Of a DNA stretch of 64,000 nucleotides, positions 33,968 through 43,133 are shown one piece after another. The stretch is from a virus (taxonomy: Duplodnaviria > Caudoviricetes), in IMG/VR virus record IMGVR_UViG_3300031949_000018, positions 16,495 through 80,494 of that record; one strand, 5' to 3'. The notes beneath the pieces are model-generated. The model was not told where the DNA came from and ran no database searches. It saw only the letters and a program-made list of their open reading frames with translations. Position 1 is the first letter of the stretch, and each line of letters starts with the position of its first letter. The position numbers were made by a program, and so were the translations under genes.

Positions 33968-34215
33968 TGTTTCGTAAGAAGTGCCAAGAATGGGAACTCC
34001 ACGACATGGCCTTCGGTTGCCGGTTGAGTCCTCAGGAGTGGCTCGAGATGATTGAAGATTTTGAGATCTTTCACATCAACCTCGAGCACGCCGTCTTCGG
34101 CAACCTGGTGAAGAGTGAACTGGTGATTCTCCTCCACCTCCCGTGTGAAAACTTCATATCTCAATTTCCCGCCATGAATATTCGAACCCCTCTGCATCGT
34201 AGATCTGGCACCTGA
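33964..34215 (+). CDS. Hypothetical protein, paralog C
   Basis: W-x11-SPQEW...LPCENF. Confidence 0.55.
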   Translation: MMFRKKCQEWELHDMAFGCRLSPQEWLEMIEDFEIFHINLEHAVFGNLVKSELVILLHLPCENFISQFPAMNIRTPLHRRSGT

Positions 34216-35659
34216 TCATGGCGTGTTTCCAGAGATGATTGTCACGCCGCTTCCATCGAAGGTCATCGACTATGTCGTAAAAGCGACACGTCTCTTTTCC
34301 AACCATCTTTCTCAGCCCGCGCCCTATAGATTGAAGGAGTCGAACCTGGCCCTTCATGGGCCACGTAAAGATGACGTTGCGGATGTTATCGACGCTCATT
34401 CCCTCCGAGAAAGTGCCGAGCGATGCCTGTGCGATGACGTTGTCTTTTTCCTCCATGAGACGCTGGACCGCGATCCGATCCTCGACGTCGGTGGCCCCAT
34501 AGACCAACCTGCACTCGCGATCAGCTGCCTTACGCTTGAGCTCCTCGAAGAGAGGGATCCCGTATTTCTCGTTACGGTTGAACAGGACCAGGGTGTTGCC
34601 CTTCAGGCTGGCACAGAGCTCGACGACGACATCCCTCCTAGCCTTGGAGGCAATGATGTGCTCTATCTCCTGGCCGTACCGCATCGGGACCCGTTTCCCC
34701 TGTTCATTGGTTCCGAACTTCGCCGCCAGCTTCTTTTCCTCACTAGGGTAAATCAGGCGGATGCACGTTATCCGCGGTTTTGCGACGTCCCCAGCGTCGA
34801 CTCGTTCCTTGTTTGTGGACACTGTTATGACAGGACCAAAGAGCCCCGTAAGTACCATCCGATTTACCTTGGAACCATCCAGGGTTCCGGTAAAGCCAAA
34901 TCTATACTTGACGGTGTTGGCCCTTTCGGCGATCTTGACGAACGCACCTGAATCCCACGAGTGAGCCTCGTCGGCAATGATCGCCCCAAACTTGGCGAAC
35001 CACTTCTTCTCTGCCCTGAGCGCTGATTGCCAGGTGCACACTACGAGGTCGTTGGAGTCTGCGACCGCGTCTCTTATGGAACCCTCGACCACCTTTCCGA
35101 CTCGCACCTCGACCTTCCCAGCCGAGTACTTGGCGAAGTCAAGTGCGGCCTGGGCCACCAGGTTGGTCCTCGTCGTCAGCATCAAGGATGGCTTCTCGAG
35201 TTCCTCAGAATAGAACAGCATTAGCCGATAGATCATCAGGGTCTTACCCGACGAGGTACTGGAGAGGAACACGCCGCGATCCATCTGGAGCGCCTCGGTG
35301 AAGGCGTTGAGTTGGTATTCCCTGTCCTCGAATACGTCCGCGGTGATCTCCGAGGCCCACGACTTCTCGACCTCGTGGCTCTTTGGTGCCACCCCCGGCG
35401 CCACGGAAAGCCGATACCCGTTCTTGACACAGAATTTATAGAGCTCCGTGACCAAGCCCTTGTAGAAGACCGGGCGATAGATGCTGAAGAGGGCGATCTT
35501 TCCGTCCCAGAGGCCGGCCTGGAAGCGGGGCGTGAACCTCGCGCCCGGCACCTCGTAGGTGAAGGCGTCTGCTATCTCTTGTGCTATGGAGGGTTCGGCG
35601 GCGACCCGGACGTAGACCTCGTCTACGGGCTCCACCCTCACTACGTCGCTCATTACCAT
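34154..35659 (-). CDS. uvsW: UvsW SF2 DNA helicase
   Basis: REYQ, STSSGKT, IADEAH, GFTGT, GTFSEG and QSIGRGLR. Confidence 0.95.
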   Translation of the reverse strand: MVMSDVVRVEPVDEVYVRVAAEPSIAQEIADAFTYEVPGARFTPRFQAGLWDGKIALFSIYRPVFYKGLVTELYKFCVKNGYRLSVAPGVAPKSHEVEKSWASEITADVFEDREYQLNAFTEALQMDRGVFLSSTSSGKTLMIYRLMLFYSEELEKPSLMLTTRTNLVAQAALDFAKYSAGKVEVRVGKVVEGSIRDAVADSNDLVVCTWQSALRAEKKWFAKFGAIIADEAHSWDSGAFVKIAERANTVKYRFGFTGTLDGSKVNRMVLTGLFGPVITVSTNKERVDAGDVAKPRITCIRLIYPSEEKKLAAKFGTNEQGKRVPMRYGQEIEHIIASKARRDVVVELCASLKGNTLVLFNRNEKYGIPLFEELKRKAADRECRLVYGATDVEDRIAVQRLMEEKDNVIAQASLGTFSEGMSVDNIRNVIFTWPMKGQVRLLQSIGRGLRKMVGKETCRFYDIVDDLRWKRRDNHLWKHAMIRCQIYDAEGFEYSWREIEI

Positions 35660-35666
35660 GAGCTAT

Positions 35667-36041
35667 TTAGTGTTTGATGACGAGGCCCTCGTAGATCATC
35701 GTCGCAACGGCCCGCATCTTCTGCCTGGCGGTGTCGGGTTCTACCTCCTGGATCATCTTAGGGATGTAGACCGCCAGCCCGACCAAGAGCCCCTTCAGTG
35801 ACTTGTAGCGTATCGTCTTCTTTCCATCCTCACTGATCTCATTGAGCATTTCGACCATGATGGCTATCGGCCCGAGCACGTCGGCGACCCCGTCCTTGAA
35901 GAACTGAAGTGAATCCTCCGGCATCTCCCCTTCTACGTCGTCTGCAAATATCGTCGCTAGCTCGAGGATCTTAACGCGCGCCCACTTGATGTACGCGTCG
36001 TCCCGCTCGTCTGCCAGCATTTGCCTCAGATTGTTTAACAT
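35667..36041 (-). CDS. Hypothetical helical protein
   Basis: ORF in an early operon. Confidence 0.6.
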   Translation of the reverse strand: MLNNLRQMLADERDDAYIKWARVKILELATIFADDVEGEMPEDSLQFFKDGVADVLGPIAIMVEMLNEISEDGKKTIRYKSLKGLLVGLAVYIPKMIQEVEPDTARQKMRAVATMIYEGLVIKH

Positions 36042-36264
36042 CGCCGTCTCCCCTATGCACTCCTATGGTTTCACAGCCGACCGGAACGTAGTCGTTGGCT
36101 ATAATCTTCGGGCCGCCCAAGATCAAGAGCCGTCCGGTGTTATTCATGTAGATCAAAGCTCTCCTCTTCTTCCAGAAGATAAAATCGTCCGGACTTAGCT
36201 CGTCATGATCGAAGACGAACCCTTGCCACTCATGGCACTCCTTCCAGTAGAATATGCCCATCAA
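35971..36264 (-). CDS. Hypothetical protein
   Basis: Coupled ATGA start; the 3' part overlaps the next gene. Confidence 0.45.
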   Translation of the reverse strand: MMGIFYWKECHEWQGFVFDHDELSPDDFIFWKKRRALIYMNNTGRLLILGGPKIIANDYVPVGCETIGVHRGDGDVKQSEANAGRRAGRRVHQVGAR

Positions 36265-36662
36265 TGAAGCACCTTTTCTGGGGGTGTCCTCGGGTCTGAG
36301 TTGTGAAGGTTCTCGTAGTAATCGAGCGAAGCCCGCACGATGTAGTCGATGACGTTCAGATCAGGGATCTTTATCGCTTCGTCGAGGACCACCAGGAAGT
36401 CATCGAGGTCGTGAAGCATCTTGACGTAGGTCTCGTCGGTTTTCTCTTGGGCGTTGACACCATCGAGCGCCGGGATGAGGCTGTTGATCAGGACATCTCG
36501 GATGATCAACACGAGTTGCTTCATCCTGTTGCCCTGATCGGCTACCTTTGGTGCCTGGGACAACATGTAGGATAGGTTGCCCAGGTGCAGGGTGAACACC
36601 CTTGCCATTTCTCTGGCGTCTTTTATCCCGGTGACCCTTGGCGGCATCTTTGGTACGTCCAT
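36261..36662 (-). CDS. Hypothetical helical protein
   Basis: Coupled junctions. Confidence 0.65.
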   Translation of the reverse strand: MDVPKMPPRVTGIKDAREMARVFTLHLGNLSYMLSQAPKVADQGNRMKQLVLIIRDVLINSLIPALDGVNAQEKTDETYVKMLHDLDDFLVVLDEAIKIPDLNVIDYIVRASLDYYENLHNSDPRTPPEKVLH

Positions 36663-37036
36663 CAGTGTATCGTCCTCTTCATGAAGTCGAGCGATTCGAC
36701 GAGTTTCTTACCGATATCGGCTATGACCGGGAGAACCTCCTTGCCCTCTATCTTCTGGGCCGTCTCGAGATCAGTGGCCAGTTCCCTTATGACCTTTACG
36801 TACTCGTCGGCCTCCTCGCGCTCGTCAAGTTCGATCTCATCTGGGCCGTCGGTGAACAATTCGATCATCACCTCCATGGCCACCCTGGTCTCGCGGATGG
36901 TCCTGGATATGAACTCATAGCCATCGGGCGCGTTCTTTATATCCTCATCGTCGGGCACCCTAGTAAATAGATCACCCAGGGTGTGCAGGTTCTGGTGCAC
37001 CATCGACAGCAGGTGTGTGATCTCTTTGTTCATCAC
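36662..37036 (-). CDS. Hypothetical acidic helical protein
   Basis: Coupled junctions. Confidence 0.65.
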   Translation of the reverse strand: MMNKEITHLLSMVHQNLHTLGDLFTRVPDDEDIKNAPDGYEFISRTIRETRVAMEVMIELFTDGPDEIELDEREEADEYVKVIRELATDLETAQKIEGKEVLPVIADIGKKLVESLDFMKRTIH

Positions 37037-37305
37037 AACATCCCGTACGCAGACATCCTGACCGCCGCGGACACAGGCCGATTGGCGTCCCGGAGTATCT
37101 CCCTGGCCACCTTGACGTCGTTGAGGGACGCCGCCAGGATGACGCCGGAAGGGCTGGTCTTCTCCCTCCTGTACACGTAGACGACGATGTCGCTATCGTC
37201 GTAGACATGGCCGCTGAGGCGCCAGGAGCGCTCTCGCGAATGGCTGAAGTCCGGTGATCTCGCCGCGTCGTCGAACTTAAGAAGTTGTTCCTTCAAGGCT
37301 CCCAT
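37033..37305 (-). CDS. Hypothetical protein
   Basis: Coupled junctions. Confidence 0.6.
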   Translation of the reverse strand: MGALKEQLLKFDDAARSPDFSHSRERSWRLSGHVYDDSDIVVYVYRREKTSPSGVILAASLNDVKVAREILRDANRPVSAAVRMSAYGML

Positions 37306-38272
37306 GGCGCTTTCTCCTCAGTTCAGGTTGATATAACTTGTTGTTGATGGCCCAAGTGCGCATCGCGTTTGGGCGAATCTGATAACCCTCCACCTTGGCG
37401 ACGAGCTCGGCTATGTTCTTCCAGCTCTCGCCGACGGGCAGCATCTTCTTTATGATCTTGGTCCTGGGTGAGCGGACGTCGCCCCAGCGCCCGTGTGTGG
37501 TCTTGACGTGGGGGTGGTGCCTCTTGATCCACCGCCCGAAGATCGACTCGTCGTTTCTGTCCCCGCCGCACAGGATCGTGGCGTTTCTAAATGATTCCCC
37601 GGCCTCGACCTTCTCGAGGATATTGTTCATGAGTTCTTCCTTGCCGAACCCGATACCCTGTAACCTAGTGGCGAAGCCGAGGATACCTTTGGCTACGATG
37701 ACGGCGGTGGCGTTGACCCCGGCCTTCTTGGCGGTCTCCTTCACTGTGAGACTACCGTCGCCGGCCGCCTCCTGTATCCTGAGTTCTCGCTCGTGCTTGC
37801 GCTTTCCCATGGTGATTCTCCGCGGGATCACGCCTCTGCGCTCGACTATCTGGCGGCAGCGCTCCCGGGTTATGCCGAAAGTCTTGCCGATCTCCTCCAG
37901 GGTCTTGTTGTCGTTGAACATGGCAACTATCCGATCGTTTCGATCGGGATACGTCTCGGTATATTTCTTATTGAATTTTACCTTCATCGCCTTGGCGATC
38001 TGATACATTCGTGAGAGCTTTAAATCAAAGAATATTGCGACCGCTTCCGGAGAGTCGTTCCCTTCCTTGACCATGGCGGCGAGCTTGGCGTCTCGATCCG
38101 GGTCGGCGCTGCGTCTTTGGTCGTTGAGTCGGATGCCCCGGGCCCTGGCTATCTGTTGGATGCGTATCCTGCTAAGGAAGAAGCGTCCCATGATTTCTTC
38201 CATGGGTGTCCTACCCTCGTTGATCATGGCAATCACCGCGTCGTCGCGGTCGGTCATCTTTCTTCGGCCCAT
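37277..38272 (-). CDS. Tandem multi-HTH protein (sigma70 region 4-like repeats)
   Basis: Repeated DRD/DRN..(I/L)..M helices followed by HTH; TLEEIGKTFGITRERCRQI; probable start MGRRK after a GGAGG SD. Confidence 0.7.
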   Translation of the reverse strand: MGRRKMTDRDDAVIAMINEGRTPMEEIMGRFFLSRIRIQQIARARGIRLNDQRRSADPDRDAKLAAMVKEGNDSPEAVAIFFDLKLSRMYQIAKAMKVKFNKKYTETYPDRNDRIVAMFNDNKTLEEIGKTFGITRERCRQIVERRGVIPRRITMGKRKHERELRIQEAAGDGSLTVKETAKKAGVNATAVIVAKGILGFATRLQGIGFGKEELMNNILEKVEAGESFRNATILCGGDRNDESIFGRWIKRHHPHVKTTHGRWGDVRSPRTKIIKKMLPVGESWKNIAELVAKVEGYQIRPNAMRTWAINNKLYQPELRRKRHGSLEGTTS

Positions 38273-38297
38273 GTGGGTCCTCCATATCAATCTATAC

Positions 38298-38326
38298 ACT
38301 TTAACACATCATTGTTCTAGTGTCAA
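38298..38326 (-). promoter_or_regulatory. Early sigma70-type promoter
   Basis: TTGACA-N17(..TGTGT)-TAAAGT. Confidence 0.75.
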
Positions 38327-38354
38327 ACAAAAAGGGGGAACCGAAGTTCCCCCT
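38327..38354 (-). terminator. Rho-independent terminator with a UUCG loop
   Basis: AGGGGGAAC-TTCG-GTTCCCCCT followed by a T tract. Confidence 0.8.
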
Positions 38355-38364
38355 CTTATAGACC

Positions 38365-38703
38365 TTATTCGCCAGGCCCGGTGTAGTCACCACCGTACTG
38401 GTCGTAGTCTTGCTTGTCCATCTCCTTTTCGATCTCGTTCTGGAGGTCGTTGGCCTTGTCGATTATCTTCTTGGTGATTAAGAAGTCTTTCAGCTTCCTC
38501 ATCTTCGTGGCGTGGAGGGTGCCGAATTCATCTACGTAGGCATCCTTTGTCACGTATCTGACGTACACCTTCACCTCTGACAGGAGGTGTCCCTCCTTGC
38601 AGGCACCGACTATCGTCTCCACGAAGGTGGGGCGCTTGGCCCAGGCGTTGCCGGCAACCACCAGCCACTGGGTAGGGGACGCGGGGGTTTTCTCGTCGCT
38701 CAT
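38365..38703 (-). CDS. Hypothetical early protein
   Basis: GAGGAG SD; promoter at 38759-38787. Confidence 0.65.
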   Translation of the reverse strand: MSDEKTPASPTQWLVVAGNAWAKRPTFVETIVGACKEGHLLSEVKVYVRYVTKDAYVDEFGTLHATKMRKLKDFLITKKIIDKANDLQNEIEKEMDKQDYDQYGGDYTGPGE

Positions 38704-38758
38704 GTTTTCTCCTCACATTTTCAATTAGCGTCGCAGACATGGATATGCCTACTATGCT

Positions 38759-38787
38759 ATTATATCACACTTTGAGGTAGATGTCAA
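38759..38787 (-). promoter_or_regulatory. Early sigma70-type promoter (consensus)
   Basis: TTGACA-N17(..TGTGA)-TATAAT. Confidence 0.85.
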
Positions 38788-39324
38788 CTACTCTTCTGAG
38801 TTGGCGTCGTGCACCGTGAAGTGCCGGAAGCGAAAGTTCACCTCTACGTCGAGAGGCGTGGCCTCCCCGTCCCGGGTCGTGAACCGTAGTCCGGATATCG
38901 CCACGGGAAATGCGTCCTGGAACCGGAATTCCATGTTAGGGCGCTGGGCGCTGTTGGAGAGCATGACCATGACGTCGGAGAACACGCCCTCCCCCGCCAT
39001 CTTTACCGTTCTGGGAGTGAGGCTGGCGTACTGGGAGTAGTTGTCTGGCGACGCAAGCTTTACCATCCAGTTCCAGATCTCCATGTAGTTGGTCAGGTCC
39101 TCATCGACCTTGAACATCACGTCGAGTGTTCCCCGCGCCAGGGAGTCGCCTGGCCATGGGATCAGGTCGAGCTGGGTGTGGAAATTGGCCACCCCGAGCT
39201 GCATCGGCGGAATGGACACGTCCTGGATGAAGAAATTCGTCGTCGGCGCCCGTTTGAGCACGAGCCGACCGACGTGCTGGTTAAGCATGTTGATGTTGTC
39301 GGGCTGACGCTGGAGGATAGCCAT
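38788..39324 (-). CDS. gp3: Tail tube terminator / tail completion protein
   Basis: NFFIQDVSIP..F.VDEDL.NY.EI.NW..F.DAFP..ISGL.F. Confidence 0.85.
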   Translation of the reverse strand: MAILQRQPDNINMLNQHVGRLVLKRAPTTNFFIQDVSIPPMQLGVANFHTQLDLIPWPGDSLARGTLDVMFKVDEDLTNYMEIWNWMVKLASPDNYSQYASLTPRTVKMAGEGVFSDVMVMLSNSAQRPNMEFRFQDAFPVAISGLRFTTRDGEATPLDVEVNFRFRHFTVHDANSEE

Positions 39325-39328
39325 TAAC

Positions 39329-39550
39329 TTACTCTCCCTCGTACGGGATAGTTGCAGTAGCGTCTGACTCAGTCATTTTCTTGAGAATCATCACGCCCGG
39401 CGGTCTTATCTCTGTCTCTATCTGTTTCTTGACGTTGGCCTGTTCTTCTATAATCTTTACCCTATGAAATAGACCATTCCACACGAAGGCTACGACGATT
39501 AGCACAAGGAAGATTATCAAGTAATCAATCAGAGAAGATTTGATCATCAT
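39329..39550 (-). CDS. Small membrane-anchored protein
   Basis: N-terminal TM segment. Confidence 0.55.
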   Translation of the reverse strand: MMIKSSLIDYLIIFLVLIVVAFVWNGLFHRVKIIEEQANVKKQIETEIRPPGVMILKKMTESDATATIPYEGE

Positions 39551-39556
39551 CTTCTA

Positions 39557-39832
39557 TTATCCTCTAAACCAGAACACGGTATTTTTGAGAAAGTCAATGT
39601 TGGATGCTATCCATCCGACGAAACCGCCGAATGTTAGGACGGTGATGAATCCACCGCGATAGCGGGTGGCCATGTCCTCGATCACCTTGATGCGGGTGCC
39701 GAGTGCGTCCACAGATCGACGGATCTCGTCGAGATCTTGGTTCTCTGCCCTGACGTTCTGGTCTATCGACACCTTGAGGGCACTGAGGCGCTCGTCGATC
39801 CTGGCCACGATCACATCAATAGAATCTGCCAT
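39557..39832 (-). CDS. Coiled-coil protein with a C-terminal TM segment
   Basis: ARIDERL..RIKVIED..TM. Confidence 0.55.
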   Translation of the reverse strand: MADSIDVIVARIDERLSALKVSIDQNVRAENQDLDEIRRSVDALGTRIKVIEDMATRYRGGFITVLTFGGFVGWIASNIDFLKNTVFWFRG

Positions 39833-39844
39833 CCATGCTCCACG

Positions 39845-39872
39845 AAAAAAGGGGAGGGATCGCTCCCTCCCC
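39845..39872 (-). terminator. Terminator downstream of gp23
   Basis: GGGGAGGGA/TCCCTCCCC stem followed by T6. Confidence 0.8.
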
Positions 39873-39897
39873 AATGGGTTTTAGTGTTCCTCCTTGC

Positions 39898-41262
39898 TTA
39901 GAGGATATTGTCGACCATTATGCGCCTGTAGTAGACGTTGCTGTCCTTGACCAGGGTGAGGGACATGCCGCCGACGGCGCCGTTGACGATTCCGCGGGAG
40001 AATGGGTTCTGCCCCATCGCGTAGCGGGTCTTGAAGGCGATGTTCGGCTGGTGGGTGTTAGGATCGACCACCCTGCTGAACTGCAGTGGAACGTATGGGC
40101 AGTAGTAGACGCCCGCGTCCATCGGTCCAGTTCCCTTGAAACCAAGGGTGAGGTAGTTGCCCGTGGTGTATGGGTCGATGTAGACCCTGTAGCGCTTCAT
40201 CGCGATTCCTGCGAAGGTGTTGCCGGTGTCGTCTACCGCCAGCCCCTCGTTGTTGAGGGCCGGTGTGTAGTCGAGGACACCTGCCATCTGGAGTGCAGAT
40301 GCTACGTTCGAGGAGCAGATGATGATGTTTGCCTTGCCGCGCCTGGTCTCCTTGGCTACCTGGTTCGCCTCGAGGTCGAGGAAGAAGCAGAGACCCTTGA
40401 GCTTTTCACCAAGCCACCTGCCGTTCGCATCGGTGTCGAGATCGAAGCGTCCGACGGTCGTGGTACCGGAAGCGGCGCCCCTGACTGCGGTGATGTTGAT
40501 GGTGCGGATGAGTTCCCTGTTGATGTCCGCCACGATTTCCGTCGAGAGGATCTCGGAGAGGAGCTTCTCGGCGTCCATTCCGTGGGTCTTCTGAAGGTCG
40601 TGTGCGAGTTCCACAGAGTACTGGGCCTTCAGTGCTCGGCCGCCTGGGCTGATGCTGAGGCGATCGATGGTGAATGCCATCTCTGGGAATGCGTTGTTGC
40701 CAGACGAACCGAGAGACTCGAGCTGGGTGGTGGTCATCGCGTCACCGTAGTTGTAGATGCCGGTTTCTGCGAGGTTGGCGGTGCCGGTGGTCGAGTTACC
40801 TGGGAAGGTACCTACTGACTTGTCACCGAGTGTGTTGGCACCGGCCACGATGGTGGAGAATGCGGTGTTCGGCTCGTTATAGAAGGCCTCGTTGCCCGCG
40901 TTGTTGGAGTACAGGGCCCTGAGTGCGAAGACGAGGCCCGTAGGTCCCGACATCGGCTGGACGCCTGCGACTTCGTAGGCCATGAGGTTAGGCATGGAAC
41001 GACGAAGCATGGAGATGAGGATCGGATCCTGGAACTGGACCTGGCCACTGCCGAAGTTGTTGGAGGGAGAATCCTCGAACAGGGAGTGGGGAGCGAAGCC
41101 GCGCTGCGTCTTCATCTCGTCTACCGTGTTCTCGATCATCTGGGCTAGGCCGCCGCGGATCCACTCGTCGCGAATCGGTGGGAGACCCTTGGCATCGATG
41201 ATGTCCTTCCACTTCTCAACGAGCTTGCCGTTGATCCCATACTTCATTTGCTCTTCGCCCAT
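39898..41262 (-). CDS. gp23: Major capsid protein
   Basis: DPILISMLRRSMPNLMAYEVAGVQPMSGPTGLVFALR, RALKAQYSVELAHDL, GVYYCPYVPL and FKTRY. Confidence 0.98.
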   Translation of the reverse strand: MGEEQMKYGINGKLVEKWKDIIDAKGLPPIRDEWIRGGLAQMIENTVDEMKTQRGFAPHSLFEDSPSNNFGSGQVQFQDPILISMLRRSMPNLMAYEVAGVQPMSGPTGLVFALRALYSNNAGNEAFYNEPNTAFSTIVAGANTLGDKSVGTFPGNSTTGTANLAETGIYNYGDAMTTTQLESLGSSGNNAFPEMAFTIDRLSISPGGRALKAQYSVELAHDLQKTHGMDAEKLLSEILSTEIVADINRELIRTINITAVRGAASGTTTVGRFDLDTDANGRWLGEKLKGLCFFLDLEANQVAKETRRGKANIIICSSNVASALQMAGVLDYTPALNNEGLAVDDTGNTFAGIAMKRYRVYIDPYTTGNYLTLGFKGTGPMDAGVYYCPYVPLQFSRVVDPNTHQPNIAFKTRYAMGQNPFSRGIVNGAVGGMSLTLVKDSNVYYRRIMVDNIL

Positions 41263-41300
41263 CGTCTTCTCCCTTAGGGTAGTATTCTTCTTGTTAATGT

Positions 41301-41308
41301 TATTTATA
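41301..41308 (-). promoter_or_regulatory. T4-type late promoter for gp23
   Basis: TATAAATA. Exact copies at 25232, 55009 and 62689; NATAAATA variants precede gp22 (42121), gp19 (50493), gp14 (60609) and gp13 (62167). Confidence 0.85.
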
Positions 41309-41320
41309 GTAGCGTTATTC

Positions 41321-42094
41321 TTAGAGGAACCTGTTGAATCCCTCTAGGACGTGCTGGACCATCGGATCCGGATTTACCGGCTTCGTGTCCTTGCCCTTGG
41401 TGTCCTCGTCGAGTGGTCCGCCGTCGACAGGATCTTTGTTCTGGTCGACTACGGGCTCCTTGAAGAGTGTCTGCTTGAGGCCGTCGAGTTTCTTCGAGAA
41501 GTCCGCGGCATCTGAATACTTGACGTTCTCGGCGAGCTCCTTGAGCTTGGATGCCTTGGTGTCTGGCAGACCCTTGGATGCGCTGGCGAGGATGTCTTGG
41601 ACTTCCCTGAGCTCATCCTTCTCCTGGAGGAGGATGACCGTCTGGGTCTGCTCGTTGAGCTGTTCCTTGAGTTCCTCGTTGCGGGCCATGAGGCCCTCGA
41701 GGACTCCCTCGGCGTCGTCAGGAAGGTCGATGTTGTGGGTAGACACCAGGTCTACCAGGCCCTCCATGAGGGACTCAGCGATCTCTACCTTCATCGAAGA
41801 CTCGACCGCGATCTCGTTGTCCTCGAGCCACTTCTCGGCCACGTAGGATACGTAGCGGTCGAAGGACTCTTCTAGCTCCTCGACGGCTTCCGCGAGTTGC
41901 TCGGCCACCATCTCGTCGATCTGCTCCTGTCGAGCCTCATCGAGTTTCTGAGCCTTAACCTCAACGGCAGCGTCGAAGATGGTCTTGATGCGCTCCTTGA
42001 CGTCGTCGGTGGTCTCCTCCGTGAAGAGGATTGAGATGTCGGCTTCCACCGCCTCTTCGACCTTCTTGACCTTTGTCTTCTTTTCGTCAGCCAT
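41321..42094 (-). CDS. gp22: Prohead scaffold protein
   Basis: Acidic coiled coil; IFDAAV..YV.Y.AE.W..DN..AVE; synteny. Confidence 0.9.
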   Translation of the reverse strand: MADEKKTKVKKVEEAVEADISILFTEETTDDVKERIKTIFDAAVEVKAQKLDEARQEQIDEMVAEQLAEAVEELEESFDRYVSYVAEKWLEDNEIAVESSMKVEIAESLMEGLVDLVSTHNIDLPDDAEGVLEGLMARNEELKEQLNEQTQTVILLQEKDELREVQDILASASKGLPDTKASKLKELAENVKYSDAADFSKKLDGLKQTLFKEPVVDQNKDPVDGGPLDEDTKGKDTKPVNPDPMVQHVLEGFNRFL

Positions 42095-42148
42095 TGTTAG
42101 AATCTCCTTGAGTATGTTGTTATTTATCTGGTGGTGATCTTCGAGATC

Positions 42149-42472
42149 TTACTTCTTTAGGCTATCCCGGGATGCTCGGTATTTAGCCATGGTCTTCTTC
42201 ATGTACTCGAGACGACCGGCTGGGCGGTCGTCAGGATCAAATCTATCGACGTGGCCTCTCCTCTCCGATGTCTTAGAGAGTGCCTTGGCAACCCCTGATT
42301 TGAGGGCGAAATGTTCACGCCTCTTGTGGGCTGCTATGACACCAGGTTTCTTACTTTTCTTACCCGGCATACCGTGGGTGGCAAACGCGGCCTCCCTAGC
42401 GTTGTCTCTCTCGATGTCATAGAGCTTACCCTTGCCGGTTATCTCGGTTATGAACTCTGCGAAGGTCTTCAT
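42149..42472 (-). CDS. Internal head protein with a capsid-targeting sequence
   Basis: N-terminal MKTFAEFITE resembles the T4 IP CTS; basic. Confidence 0.7.
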   Translation of the reverse strand: MKTFAEFITEITGKGKLYDIERDNAREAAFATHGMPGKKSKKPGVIAAHKRREHFALKSGVAKALSKTSERRGHVDRFDPDDRPAGRLEYMKKTMAKYRASRDSLKK

Positions 42473-43131
42473 GTCATCTTCCTCATGTACTTCTGGAACA
42501 TCTCGATCGCCCGTTCCTGTAGTTCGTTCTTGTTCATCTTCTTAACTTCCTCGACGATCTCGCCGACCAGCTGCCAGTTACCAGATGGATTCATCACCCA
42601 CTCAGCACCCTCCATGATGCCGTTAACGAAGGCGTCGGGGGCAGACGGATCCGCCACGATGTCCGCCGCCGCGGCTAGCCTGAAGTCCTTCTGGACCTCC
42701 ATGATTCCGGCCTGGTTGGGCTTCAGCGAGCCGAGCCCCCTCGAGGATACTCCGAGGCGCGCCCCCGATTCCATGAGTCCCTTGGCGATGTTTCCATACG
42801 GGGTGTCCGCGATGCGGGCCTTTCCGATGAAGTTATTGCCGTCCTGCTTGATCGATTGGGTGATGTGGCTGACCCGCTCGAGGTTGATCATCGGGCCGGA
42901 CGGGTGTCCGAGCTCCCCGTAGCCCTGGCCCTTGCCGATGCGCTCCTTGACGTAGCGATTGACTTCTCCGGCTAGGATCTCGGTCGGATAGATGCGCTGG
43001 TTGCGGTTGACGACGCCGGCTTGCAGGAAGACACCCTCGATGAAGAGATTCTTCTTCTTGGTGCCATCTTCGAGCACGACTTCTTCTGTCGTGTACTTGA
43101 CGTCTTCCTGGAGTTCCGTGATGAGTAGCAT
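42469..43131 (-). CDS. gp21: Prohead protease
   Basis: IEGVFLQA..NRNQRIY..GELGHP..GVSSRGLGS..DIVADPSAPDAFV. Confidence 0.96.
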   Translation of the reverse strand: MLLITELQEDVKYTTEEVVLEDGTKKKNLFIEGVFLQAGVVNRNQRIYPTEILAGEVNRYVKERIGKGQGYGELGHPSGPMINLERVSHITQSIKQDGNNFIGKARIADTPYGNIAKGLMESGARLGVSSRGLGSLKPNQAGIMEVQKDFRLAAAADIVADPSAPDAFVNGIMEGAEWVMNPSGNWQLVGEIVEEVKKMNKNELQERAIEMFQKYMRKMT

Positions 43132-43133
43132 TT

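Noticed and set aside
33635-34197. Minus-strand track ORFs 33635-33904 and 33847-34197
   Set aside because: The plus-strand frames here show paralogous motifs, SD sequences and coupling, whereas these show none.
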